Part shown: positions 27,214-39,304 of the stretch, one piece after another | Layout of the letters: every line of letters starts with the position of its first letter | Position numbering within the stretch: the first letter of the stretch is position 1 | Assembly: GCF_037042905.1 (NCBI RefSeq) | Contig: NC_087246.1 | Span: 35,712,001 to 35,776,000 of the forward strand | Direction of reading: 5' to 3' | Length of the DNA stretch: 64,000 nt | Origin: Lytechinus pictus | Taxonomy: Eukaryota | Made by a program: the position numbers and the translations under genes | Notes under the pieces: model-generated | What the model saw: only the letters and a program-made list of their open reading frames with translations | The model's database searches: none | Told to the model about the DNA's origin: nothing

Positions 27214-28029
27214 TATAAAACCAATACAGAGCAAATTTGATTGAGTAGTGAGCAGGTTTATCTGGTTTACCCACTTAAAGTAATTTGATCGATGTTTTTT
27301 TTAATTAAGTCATGCGCACCGGAACAATTTGGTTTGGTTGGGCAAATTCTTGAAAGGGGTAGTGTGAGATTCTAATTAAATAATTAAAAAAGAAAAATCA
27401 TATCTATATTCCCGATCAGTCGACCGAAGAGCTTAAAGCATTTTTTGTCGGGAGAGTGAGTTTATGTGCATTTTAGCTTTAACGAGATGAGTCTCTTAAA
27501 GTCCTATACATAATACGAGCGCGAAGCGCGAGCTGATTTTTTTTAATATTTTATCTATTTGGACATAAGGCTGACGATACTGACCCGAAAAGGGAAAATT
27601 TTAAGGACTGTTTTGCCGCGACTCATGAAGAGGATATGTTCACTAATGAAATAATGCGAGCGCAAATGCAAATTATTTTTTTTTATATTCAGACTTGAAA
27701 ACGCGACATTTTGAAAACTTTTCGTAATAAGAAAGAAGATAATCAATTGGGATATTTTTGGAAAAGCGCAATACATAAATTTTAATAATGATAATAATAA
27801 TAGATATTAGTAATAATAATAGTAATACTAATTCAAATAGTAATGATTTTTTTCTTTCCACCATTTAGTTTAAATCTCAACCTTATACATGTCTAAGGTA
27901 AATCATGATGTATTCATTTTATTATTCCTTACCTACATCAGTCGTTTGCTCCTTGCGTAAACTTATTTCAATAATATAAAAGCAGCCTATAAGTCATTCA
28001 TTTAATAAAATATTACGTGTAAATTATTG

Positions 28030-29374
28030 CAGACGCGTAGCCAGGGAGGCGGTGGGGGCGGTCCCCCCCCCCCAAAAAAAAAAAAAGAAGAGGAAAAAGA
28101 GAGGAGAAAAGGAAAAGCGAAAGGAGGAAAGGGAAGAAAGGTAGCTTTGTGGGTTTTTCTTTTTATTCTTTATTTTTTTCTCAAGAGATAAACTTTTTCA
28201 CTCTTGCTCTAAAATTTTGCTTCCGGTTAAATGACAATATTGCAGTTCGTATTTGTTTCCTTCACCCTTTTTCTAACTCTGTTTTTCCACCTCAGCTATA
28301 TGTGTTTCTTGCCAGTTCAAGTTCAAATGTATACATGAGGGCATGGAATTAGAGTAAGGTTAGGCCGAAATTTATCTTCTTCTTTTTTTCAAATTGATCG
28401 CGCAACTTCAATCAATTTCTGCCGTCACCTCCATATAGGCAACTTCTCCCGCTTTTCAGCTCATTACTAAACATTTTGGGGGCAAACAGGTTCCTAATTT
28501 AAAAAGAGGAAGGTATAAAAAAGGTATAAAAAGTACAATTTTTTTTTTTTGCAAATTCTATTAAACTTCATGTCGTTTCCCTGCATATTCATCTCCTGGT
28601 CCTATTTTGCGCCCTCAGTTTGAAATTTTGAATGACACTTAGGTTTCTTTATCATTCAAAATGAAGTGCTTCATAAGTCAAAGAAATTATACATCATCCT
28701 TTTTTATATTATTTCAATAAATCACAGAAGTTTCAATTTTTTGCGCGGTATTTTCCTTGTAATGAAGTTAAAAAATCTTAGAAAATCAATTGAATTAGAG
28801 CCGATGGGCATAGAGATATCTGCATTTGATTAAACGTCCGCCCTTTGAAATTTCAGAGTTTCGAATTGCTCTGCGCGGGGATGAATATCTTCCTCCCGGC
28901 ATATACCCTCCTTCTCTTCTGTTTTGCGAGTTAAAGATATGCGTTGTCGCTAAATTGTTAATAATCAAATCTGATCTTTCCAATGGAAGCATTCAATATG
29001 ACTTAGACTTTCTCGGGACCCTTTTCTTTGCAAAAAAAATGATAAAACGCTTTAACTTCTATTATTATTTTAATTTCCTCCATTTTATCCCTTTTTTGTG
29101 CGTTCACAATCACTTTTGAAAACAAGGTTCAAAATCATAAAGTCAACTGATTTGGGGCTGATATAGGTACTAGAGACAAGAGAGACTGCTCCTTTTCATT
29201 TTAATTCATGAAACACCGAAAGCTTCGCGCTTCGCGCGGGAGGGGAGAAACTCCCCCTACCTGCACCCACCCCCTAGGGAGCGCGCTTCGCGCGCTCTGT
29301 GAGTGTTGGCACGGTTGGCACGTTTCGCGTTCATTTACCGCCCCCTCCAAAATAAAATTCTGGCTACGCGGTTG
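28030..29374. mobile_element. hAT-type non-autonomous element
   Basis: cagacgcgtagccag ... ctggctacgcggttg with 8-bp TSD AATTATTG (28022-28029, 29375-29382). Confidence 0.85.
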
Positions 29375-29774
29375 AATTATTGCAAACTATTGAGTTTTAT
29401 AATCGGTAACAGGTTACATTATATCGCTTTTGTTGTTTTGTTTGATTTACTGTTTATGTTATGCTTCCTTCATAAGTGTTTCCTTGTTATTGTATATGGA
29501 CCCCATGGAAGAACAGTATTGTCATGTTGACAAAATTGAATATGGGCTATCTATCCGTTTTGTATTTTTTTATACGGAAAATAAACACTATAATCTAAAT
29601 AAAAACAAAATGTTTTGAATTAATAATTCATTTTATATTCTTGGCTTTTCTTGCATCAAACAATATTTACATTTCTGTCTTCGGTCTGGATCGAACCTTA
29701 GTGCTTGATTGTTACAGTATATGTGCATGAGGATGCGCGTGCGCGTTTGTGCGTGTGAGTACGTGGGAGTATAT

Positions 29775-30470
29775 TTGATTTTGATTTGATTTATTTATTT
29801 CCGTTTCACAATTGTACGTAATATGATAAACATAACACACCAAGGTCGAAAATACTGCAAGATAAAATATAATATATAAATATATAACATAATCATAGAT
29901 TTAAGGAACACAATTCAGTAAATAAAGTTATCTCAAATGACGTTTGTATTTAAAAGTAAAACGGAGGGACTTGCCGAAAAAAGCAAAGCTTGTACAAGAG
30001 GCAAGCCCCTATCTTAGTTACATTACAAAATTACAACAAATAAATAGTGGGTCGTAATAATAATTTTGTTAAAAAAATAAATACAAACAATTTGTGTGCA
30101 CTTGACAAAAAAGTAACTGATGGATCATGTGAGAAAATATTACGTTTTACAATATTATAAGAGAGGGGGAGGTGAGGGGGAGAAGACAGGAGGGACAGAG
30201 GAGTGCAGTACACTAAAGTAGAAAGAAAGAAGGCGGGCAGCAGGAGCAGGTACTTTGGCTAATTGCAATTTTAAGAAGAAAAAGATAATAAAACAAATAA
30301 TATACATGACTATGTATATAATGTAAGCGCATATAATACGCATATACACAAAAGTCGAGTATAATTAAATTAGTTATTCAGCTTGACCTGTTTGCAACGA
30401 GTATTGCAGAATTAACATTTTTTCAGTTTGCGTTTAAAAATATTTACATTAGGGAATTCTGCTATATGAG
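29775..30470 (-). mobile_element. Probable degraded 3' end of a non-LTR retroelement
   Basis: Minus-strand tail ggaaataaataaatcaaatcaaaatcaaat after a T-rich UTR-like region; no intact ORF. Confidence 0.4.
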
Positions 30471-31468
30471 ATATAGGTGAGAATTTGTGAGAGAGGGTGG
30501 GAATTTATGTGAAATTTTTTCGATTTTCTGCCCTTTTTTCTAAAATTCTCATCATGATCTTCCTCTTTCTCCTTTCGAACAATGTTTTTTCCCTCTCTCT
30601 TCTCTTGTCCCCCTTTCACATTTGTCTGGTTTCTCCCTCATCACTTAACGGAATGCTCCAAATAAACATCTTTAAAAGTTGGTTATTTATCTCTCCATCT
30701 TTAATCTTCCATTGATATTTTCAAATATATTTGAATGTGTCTATCACATTCGCTCTCTCATCTTTTCACGCTTACCATGCTTACTGCTGCTGCAGTCACA
30801 TTTCCCTTGCGGTGCCCTCACGGCGAGTCGAAAACAGTCGTTTTCTTTTAATTCAAAGCACATTATGTAACTGGTACATAAATGTTAAAACGGCTTTTTC
30901 GACTCTCCGTATATACGGTCACCGTAAAGGAAAATAATATGACTGCACCATTTATTCTCTACATACCACTATTGTCTTATCATTTCCCTCATCTCATCTT
31001 CTATCTAATCACCAAACAATAAGTGGGTTGACATAGCACAAAATATGAGAAACAAGTTAACATTAATTGCTTTTATTTACATACATGTACATATATAATT
31101 ATTTTCTCCAATTAGTTGTTTGCTTTTTTTTTGTCTTGGTAATCAAAGTTGGGGAAAAATATCCTATTCCTAATCCAATTCCTTTCTAAATTTCCCCTAA
31201 TATGTTTTTTTTTTCTTGTTGTTTCGTCTATTTATTACCAAGATTGAATTCCCTTTTAAAGAATAGTCCTGTCGTTAAAACTTCACCTGGTAGTCGCATC
31301 GTCCTCAAGAATATGGGAACAGTCAATTTGTATATTGACGTAATGTGTTCCCTAGTAACAATCATACAATTGTCTTTATATTCTGATTAGAAACAGCATC
31401 AATTCCATTTTCGCACCACGTATCATCCAGCACAACCAAAAGCCAAAATGGATTTGTTGAAAGACTTT

Positions 31469-34400
31469 TTATATGCCCCAACCACCACGGCCAGGTGGGT
31501 TTTGTCGAGGAGCTTCGGGGCCCTGAGGAGGTTGGGGAGACTGAGGCATGTCCCAACCACCACGGCCAGGTGGATTTGGTAGAGGAGTTTGGGGAGCTTG
31601 AGGCATATCCCAACCTGGACGGCCAGGAGGGCTTGTTCGAGGACTTTGTGGACCCTGAGGAACATGGGGAATCTGAGCCATACCCCATCCCCCACGGCCA
31701 GGGGGATTTGGTCGAGGAGCTTGCGGACCCTGGGGCCTCTGGGGACCCTGAGGCCTTTGGGGGCGACTCTGAACCATGAGTGATGCGACGATTCCTGAAC
31801 AAAAAAAGTAATGAAAAAGAAAGGAAAGAGCAATCAATAATTAAGACTTTGCATTAAGACTTTTGGCAAGTCCTGGGCCCGTATTTCAAAAGATTTGCGA
31901 CATATTCAAAATCAAACTAAAATTTTAACGTATACATGTCAGTGTTGTAGTGCCTTGATGCTCGGCCTTGGCCTTAAGGCGCCTTAAGGCCTACTTTTTC
32001 AAAGCCTTGGCCTTGAGAGGGCCTTGGCCTTGGCCTTGAGGATTTTGAGCCTTGAAATTTCAAGGCATTTTCAAGGCATTTTCAAGGCTTTTTCAAGGCA
32101 TTTTGTTTTTTGTACTTTCATTTGTTTTTAAATAATTAAGTAATTATAAATGTTACTATGTTATTAGTAATTGTTCTGTATATTCAATGGCACTACTTCC
32201 AGTCAGCAGTAGTAAGTGTACTAGCAGTGCCATAAATTGTGATTATCACCATCATCAAGAATTATCATCATATTCATGTATGTGACAAAGAAAACAGTAA
32301 TGATGAAAAATAGCATTATTTATTGGTAACGTGTTGTAATCATGACTAATGATGATAATGATGGTAATAATCATTATGATAAAGATTACAGTGATTTGAT
32401 GACAGGAATAATTCTGACAGATCTGACAGCTAATTTTGACAAAAATTTTTCATAAAGAATAATAACAAGGACTTTCATTGTATTATTTCCTTTGGCCAAG
32501 AAGAATGTTTTAAGTATTAATGATATTCTGAAAAGATTTGGTAAACTTGAACACAATCTTCAAATTTATCATATCCAAATGGGTTATGTCAATGGCATGA
32601 TGAACCAAAAGTTTTGAGGTGCCAAGCATGGCATATATATAGAGCAAAATTTCTGCCAAAAAAAGTTGAAAGCAATTGAAGAGAGCGAGCAAAATTCTTC
32701 ACCCTCTTACTATAAGAAAAGCTAATTTTTGTGATAGATTGTGACAATATGTTAAGAAAATAATATCACATTTACTCCTTCAATCCATATTTTATTGTTC
32801 GAAATAGACACCAGAAATGAAATACTCCTAAAATTTGTTTTGCCCAATTGATCGTGGGCCCGGCAGCCGCTGTGCAGCGCCAGATCGACAAGGCTCTATC
32901 CCTTTAATTATTGAACGCCAAACAGGGTAGCAGCAACTTCCATCTTTAAACGTCTTTTGGTCTGACGCGGCCGGGGTTTGAACCCCCGACCTCTTTTTTT
33001 AATTTTTTTTTATAGTAAATTAGGTTCGAAAATCGCCAAATTTTGGATCGCGCTTGCATCATTTATTGTTTAGTACAGTATTAATCCTATTCATGGTTAC
33101 AAAAATGTTTAGAATTTTCAGGTTAGAATATCACAAATATTTGGTTCGCGTTCTGCACTTGCATCAATTATTGTTAGGTACATGTAAGGTACTCAATATC
33201 ATATGTTCCTGTTTACAAAAAAATGTTTAGAATGTCAAATTTTCAGGTTGGAATATCACAAATTTTTGAGCTCGCGCTCTGCGCTCGCATTATTTGATCG
33301 GTGAGTTATGTATCATATTTATGAGTCACTAAACATGCTAAATGCAGGCCTTAACAGCTTACTTTGCAGACCTGTCAGTATATTAAAAATTTCAGCTCGC
33401 GCTTAATTCTTAGTTAGATGCACATCTTTTTCACGAGTACAAAAACAGCCCGGAATATTTAATTCTTATGTCACAATGTCAAAAAGTTTTTGCTTATGAT
33501 TCGCGCTGGCAACATCTCGCAATGATGTCCTTTTAAAAGTGATTAGCCCTGTAATTGACCAAACATCAAGTTTTTCAACTTCAAAATTGATTTTTTTAAA
33601 ACCACTAAATCAAAATATCTGTCTTATCAATGAGAAATCACTAAAAAGGCTTTGGTCAACTCAATTTCCACAAAATACACAACTACTTCACGTAGTTGAT
33701 AATCTCATTTTGAAAACATCTGTTTGCACTAAATGCCAATTTTGACATATAAGTACCCTTTTTGGTTTAGACCCCCCCCCCCCCCAAATAAAATACGTTC
33801 TGCCGCCCCTGTCCCAGGGAGTGGAGAATGACATACGTTGAGAACGGGCACGCCAGGATCAGAAGACCGTGGTAATAATAATTATTGCAATGTAAATCAC
33901 ATAAAAAATAATAAATTATAATAATAATTTAATAATAACATAATAATAATAATTATATGTACAAAGGTAACTATATTATTATTTTAAAATTATGTCTAAA
34001 TCTACCATGAAATTATTTTTGTTTTTCATGTACAAAAGTCAAAATTTTTGCTCGCTCAGTTCGCTCGCTCTCACCTATTAAAGTTTGAAATGCCTTGGCC
34101 TTGGCCTTGGCCTTGAGGTTTTCAGGCCTTGGCCTTGGCCTTGGGTTTCCATGCCTTGGCCTCAGCCTTGGGTATTGAAGCCTTGGCCTTGGGAATTAAA
34201 GCCTTGGCCTTGGCCTTGGCCTTGGAGGTTTATGCCTTGACTACAACACTGATACATGTAGATCTACTGTTCATATATCTCAACTACATAAATCTATATT
34301 TCAGTTCGATTTGAATTTATCGCGTCTCTTTGTAAGACGGGGTCCAGGAGATTATGATAAACTTGCGCATATTCAGGATATAGTTCTAATTTACGTTTCG

Positions 34401-36842
34401 AACATGTTTTGTTGGTCCCTGTTGCTATTTCCTAAATAATGCATTTTTATTTTCTTGAATATTGTTTCGGCAAGCTACTGTCTTTGAAACTCCTATTGTA
34501 ATAAACCAAATGCATCAATACCAATCTAGTATTTTACAAGCAATACAAAGGCCCTGTCATACACTTCCGTTTAGCTATACTGTTTGCCATAGTCTAGAAA
34601 AATAGGAGCTTATTACGGTAAAAGATGGGAACGTTCAGTCGAGCATGCACCTACAGGTAATGAATAAATTACAACATTTTTGTTCAACTGTTTTGTCTGA
34701 ACGCCATTTACATGTAACATTCGGAAAAGGAACAGTATCGTTGGATCAAGTGTAGAAAGGAAATTCGATTATTTGACTTTATCTTTCAATGACATTACTT
34801 AGATTATATTCTTGTATTTAGCTTTCCAAAGAGATCGCACTCTGTGTCGCGCAATCGATAATATCATTTAGACAGTGTTATAGACAACCAAAAATTAAAT
34901 ATGGATATTACATTAGTTCCAAACGATTGACCAGCAAAATAATCACTGGAGAAAAAAGTAACAGAAATGTACGACTCCCCCCCCCCCCAACATGTTTACA
35001 AGGGAGTTGGTTTTTTTTAGTTTACGTTCACTACTTGACTGCGTCATGCTGCAGTCACAGTCCCCCTACGGCGACCGTACGGCGAGTCGAAACCAGCCGT
35101 TTTATTCACTTCTATTCAAACCACCTATATGTAGCTGGTCCCCCCCCCCCCCCAAAAAAAAAAAAAAATGTTAAAACGGCTGTTTCCGACTCGCCGTACG
35201 GCCGCCGTTTGGGAAATGTGACTGCAGCATTAGTAATGGGTCTACCTCATAATAATATCTTGTATGTTCGATTACAGAGCATGTGCAAGCACCTATATTG
35301 CAAGTATACACAACCAGCATCCAGAGATAAAGAATCTTATTTGAGGAAATCCGACTTCGACTCACGAACAGATGATATGGCAGGCAATGTGAGTCATGTT
35401 TAGGCATGCGCAGTGTCTTGTGTTGCATCACTCCACCAAAATGGGATACCTTACTGGCTTTGGAAAGAGAGCTGACTATCATTGCGTACTTAGGCTACTT
35501 GGCAGTCCATTAGTGAACGAGCAAATCGAGAACTTCCTTTTGATAATTACATGTACACTTTGCACAGGAAATCTGCTACAAAACTTAGATATTTTAAAAA
35601 TATATCAAGGACTACTTACTCCAACAGAAATCCACCCTTTGAGGGTTTCCTTTGCTGCAAGCTAGGTCAAGAGCTTCACACGGATGCGCAATCTCTACCG
35701 CTTGGCCATCATGTGCATAACACAAATGCCCGTCCGTTCCCAATTTGTAAAGTCGTTTCATAAAATGGCGCGGGTACATATTCACCTCCTCGTCCATTGC
35801 AGCAAGTTTATCCAAACAATTCCAATTGCACCTGACAATATTCTCGCGTAACTTTACGCTTGCGTACATTGGACATGCTTCTGTTAGGCGGTCGTAAGGT
35901 TTAGGCCTTGGTCCTGTTAATGATAAAAAGATCTACATAAATAACATCACAGTATATCGTTTTCTTTTGTGCTTTGTAATGTTAGTTTACTCACAGAGCA
36001 CCATTCACCTATCTTTTTTTAACACATCTTCAATATCATAATTCACAATGTTGTAGTATTTTCATTTTCCATAATAAGTATAAAAAAGTATTATTTATTA
36101 TAAATTTGAATTCTCGAAAGTTATGAAAAAAATTTGATAATATTTTAGAAACCATTTGATATATGTTATTTTTTCTGATTTCAAAATCGAAAATTTTAAA
36201 ATATTTTGTTTAACCCAAGACCAACACGCATTTCCTAAGATTCCTTATGGAAATGACGTTATCACATTGTCTCATCAATATAGATTTTCCCTCATCAAAA
36301 ACTATTTCATGACTTTCGAGAATTAACACTACCATAATTATTACTATAAACCATTATAGATGTAATGGAAAACGTCGCTCACCTAACCATCTTTGAGCAA
36401 TACAAGCACAGATCATAACAGATAGACAAAACGACGTCAACAGCACCTTCTGAAATAAAAAAAAAAACATTTTTTCAAATAACACATGAATTCGCCTACT
36501 CAACCTTAATAAAACTATAGCCTGTAAGATGAAGTTAACACTGTCAATCGATTCCAACTTACCTTTATTAGTCAGGTATAAGATATATTTATGAAACAAA
36601 TGCGAGAAACTTCCGGTAAGGAAACAATCGAGAGAGGGGCTTTCAGACCCAACAATAAACAAACAGTTGTACACAGAAAAGAAACGTAAATAATCAACAA
36701 TTCATTCCACATACCATGAACAAAATATTGTTGTCGGTATGCATGGTCATGTATTAAGCTAAAGCAAACACACAAACAAATCATAATGCCATAGGTATAA
36801 CAACTCAAGAAAAGAAGGCTTGGCACTTACTGTTGTCGTCAT
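31469..36842 (-). CDS. Six-Cys secreted family gene C (232 aa; long PQG/PPGRGGW repeat tail)
   Basis: Exons 36831-36842 (MTTT), 36383-36449 (KVLLTSFCLSVMICACIAQRWL), 35620-35913 (domain) and 31469-31794 (tail). Sizes 12/67/294 are identical to gene B; all GT-AG. Confidence 0.88.
31940..34251. mobile_element. hAT-type non-autonomous element with (GCCTTG)n subterminal arrays, in intron 3 of gene C
   Basis: TIR cagtgttgtagt / actacaacactg; 8-bp TSD ATACATGT (31932-31939, 34252-34259). Nested in an older MITE (ctgggcccgt at 31873 ... acggggtccag at 34348). Confidence 0.9.
32890..32992 (-). mobile_element. tRNA-derived SINE fragment
   Basis: Minus strand aggtcgggggttcaaaccccggccgcgtcagaccaaaagacg contains a B-box and T-arm hairpin but no complete cloverleaf. 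Confidence 0.55.
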
Positions 36843-36906
36843 TTTGAAGTGATTTTAAAGCCAAAACATGAATCTTCAAGATGTTGATGGTGATTTTGCT
36901 TCAATT

Positions 36907-37000
36907 CAAATGATGACTCCACCGTCTCATATCGTCATTTATATCACGCAAAACAGGCCAGAAATATAATCCGTTGCAAAATATGAAATCGAGAAATATG
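36907..37000 (-). promoter_or_regulatory. Gene C core promoter: Inr, TATAAAT and block shared with B
   Basis: TATAAAT at 36943-36937; TCATTT ~32 nt downstream; conserved block at 36961-37000. Confidence 0.7.
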
Positions 37001-39137
37001 GAACTGTCTCTTCTTACTCCCATTCGACACGTTTCATTACTGTTTTGTTCAAACTATGATTCATTCGAAATTGTATGACTCAAATATTGTGAGAACCCTG
37101 GTAATTAAGCATGTAATAATAGCCTTGTTNNNNNNNNNNNNNNNNNNNNNNNNNNNNNNNNNNNNNNNNNNNNNNNNNNNNNNNNNNNNNNNNNNNNNNN
37201 NNNNNNNNNNNNNNNNNNNNNNNNNNNNNNNNNNNNNNNNNNNNNNNNNNNNNNNNNNNNNNNNNNNNNNNNNNNNNNNNNNNNNNNNNNNNNNNNNNNN
37301 NNNNNNNNNNNNNNNNNNNNNNNNNNNNNNNNNNNNNNNNNNNNNNNNNNNNNNNNNNNNNNNNNNNNNNNNNNNNNNNNNNNNNNNNNNNNNNNNNNNN
37401 NNNNNNNNNNNNNNNNNNNNNNNNNNNNNGGTTGGGTAAAATAGGCCAATTATTTACGACCACTGGGCAACATAGTGTCCTCACAACCATTGTTTAAAAT
37501 CTGTCCAAATTGGATAATATAAACTAATAATTGGGTAAAAAATTTGCTCACTTTGATAATAATTGCCCAGAAATAAATATATGTTTTTAACCAGCATACA
37601 TTACCTAACACAGTGAACAGTATGTTGCCCAACATTTTAGGTGTGTGATAGTGATTAGAGAAACATAATTTTATACTTTAGTTATACCGATAAATTAAAA
37701 TGACATCCTGCTTTATAGCTAGCATAGACTGGAGGAATGTTATACACAGTAGTATAAAACATTGATAATTTGCCAGGTCTGCTCAAGCATTTGCATACAT
37801 GAAAGGGTAAACTCCGAGATCATTATTAATAAGTAATATTGTTATGATTATTATTATTATTACGATTATTATCATTATTATCATTATTACTTCTTTATTT
37901 GATTATTATTATTGTTAATACTTTTATTATTATTATCATTTTTATTATTTGTATTACTACTATTATCATTGCTTTAATCATTATTATTATTATTTGTCGA
38001 TTTTGTTATTGTTAATGTAATCATCATCATTAAGTATAACAATCTTTATAGGTGCTGGTAATGATCAATATTTATGATATTTATGATTTACTTATACTTA
38101 AAAATCTTATCTATTTATGTTCTGAGATCGTACGTTTACAACAATTACCCAATTTACAACATGTTCTTTCGCAAAACCAAACCAGAAATCCCACGATTAT
38201 GCTACACAGAACATTAGTCCATGAACGCTTGTGCAGCTTTTGTAAAAATCAATGATAACTGCAGGTCCACTAATGAAGAAAAAAATGTATGGCAATGATT
38301 CAACAAAGAGAAAACTATTCTTGTGTCATTAAATATTTGCTGGATATCAAAAGAAAAGAATGTCTATTAAAGAAATAAGAATAGAAAGATCTACACAGTG
38401 GGAAAGCCATTTCCTCTGATTGTTCCACTCTGCCTGAGAAAAGCTCAATAAAAACAAATTTGCATCAATTGGCACACTAAATCTGATAAAAACTTCCGAC
38501 TCCGACATATATGATTACAGATAACATATTCAATTCATAGTTTCCCGGGGAAAAAATAAGACTTTGAGTGTGTGTCATGAGAATTAAAGTTTCATATCGC
38601 AAAGTGAAATCATATATCGCCTTTTGTTATTAGGCTATCAAATGAGTAGAAGTCTTTAACTCAATAGGAGATGAATTTATATCTTTATGTGATTGTGATT
38701 AAGCAGAAGTTTGTTGTTTCTAATCACGTCGAAAATAATAAAAATTGGATGGATGACAAAGTGAAATTTAAAAAGAGGGGCAAACTGTTTCTGTTTTATA
38801 TCTCATGTCATGGGTGATATTGAGAAGATGTTAAAGTAATTTCAGTTAAAATTCGTATTTTATGTAAATATTGCCAAGTTTGAGTTATACAGCTAAAAGT
38901 GTGTCGTCATTTTGCAAACTGGCTAAAATGATTTTTACTTTTACATTTGGTTGGTTTAATAATTTATTAATGATTTACACAGATGAATGAACAGTTTGCC
39001 TTATCTTTTCCTTATTTTTTTTTGTTTTGTTATGTTATAATACTTCACCAAAGTAGAGGAATTCATTACGAGAATGCGGATGCGTGATTGAACCCCAGAC
39101 ATGACAAATGGGTGTAATTGGGGGTGGGGCATGTAAT

Positions 39138-39304
39138 CATTTTGTGGATCCAGGGGCACATTTTTATTTTTGCTTGTCAATTTTTTTTTCGTAGACGAAA
39201 TGACCTAAATTTAGGGTGAAATTTTTTTTTTGCTTGTCGAAATTTCCTCGGGAAAATTTGCGTGCCCCCCCCCCCCCCCTTTGAAATTATTGGATCCGCC
39301 CCTG
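39138..39304. mobile_element. Degenerate hAT-type poly-G/C element
   Basis: Ends ggatccgcccctg; 8-bp direct repeat CATGTAAT on both sides. Confidence 0.65.

Noticed and set aside
31362-31833. Several overlapping ORFs on both strands over the repeat exon
   Set aside because: These are shadows of a GC-rich repetitive exon. Only the PQG frame fits the phase-1 acceptor and matches gene B.
37056-37490. ORFs spanning N runs (also ~41.0, 49.3, 56.6 and 59.35 kb)
   Set aside because: Artefacts of assembly gaps.
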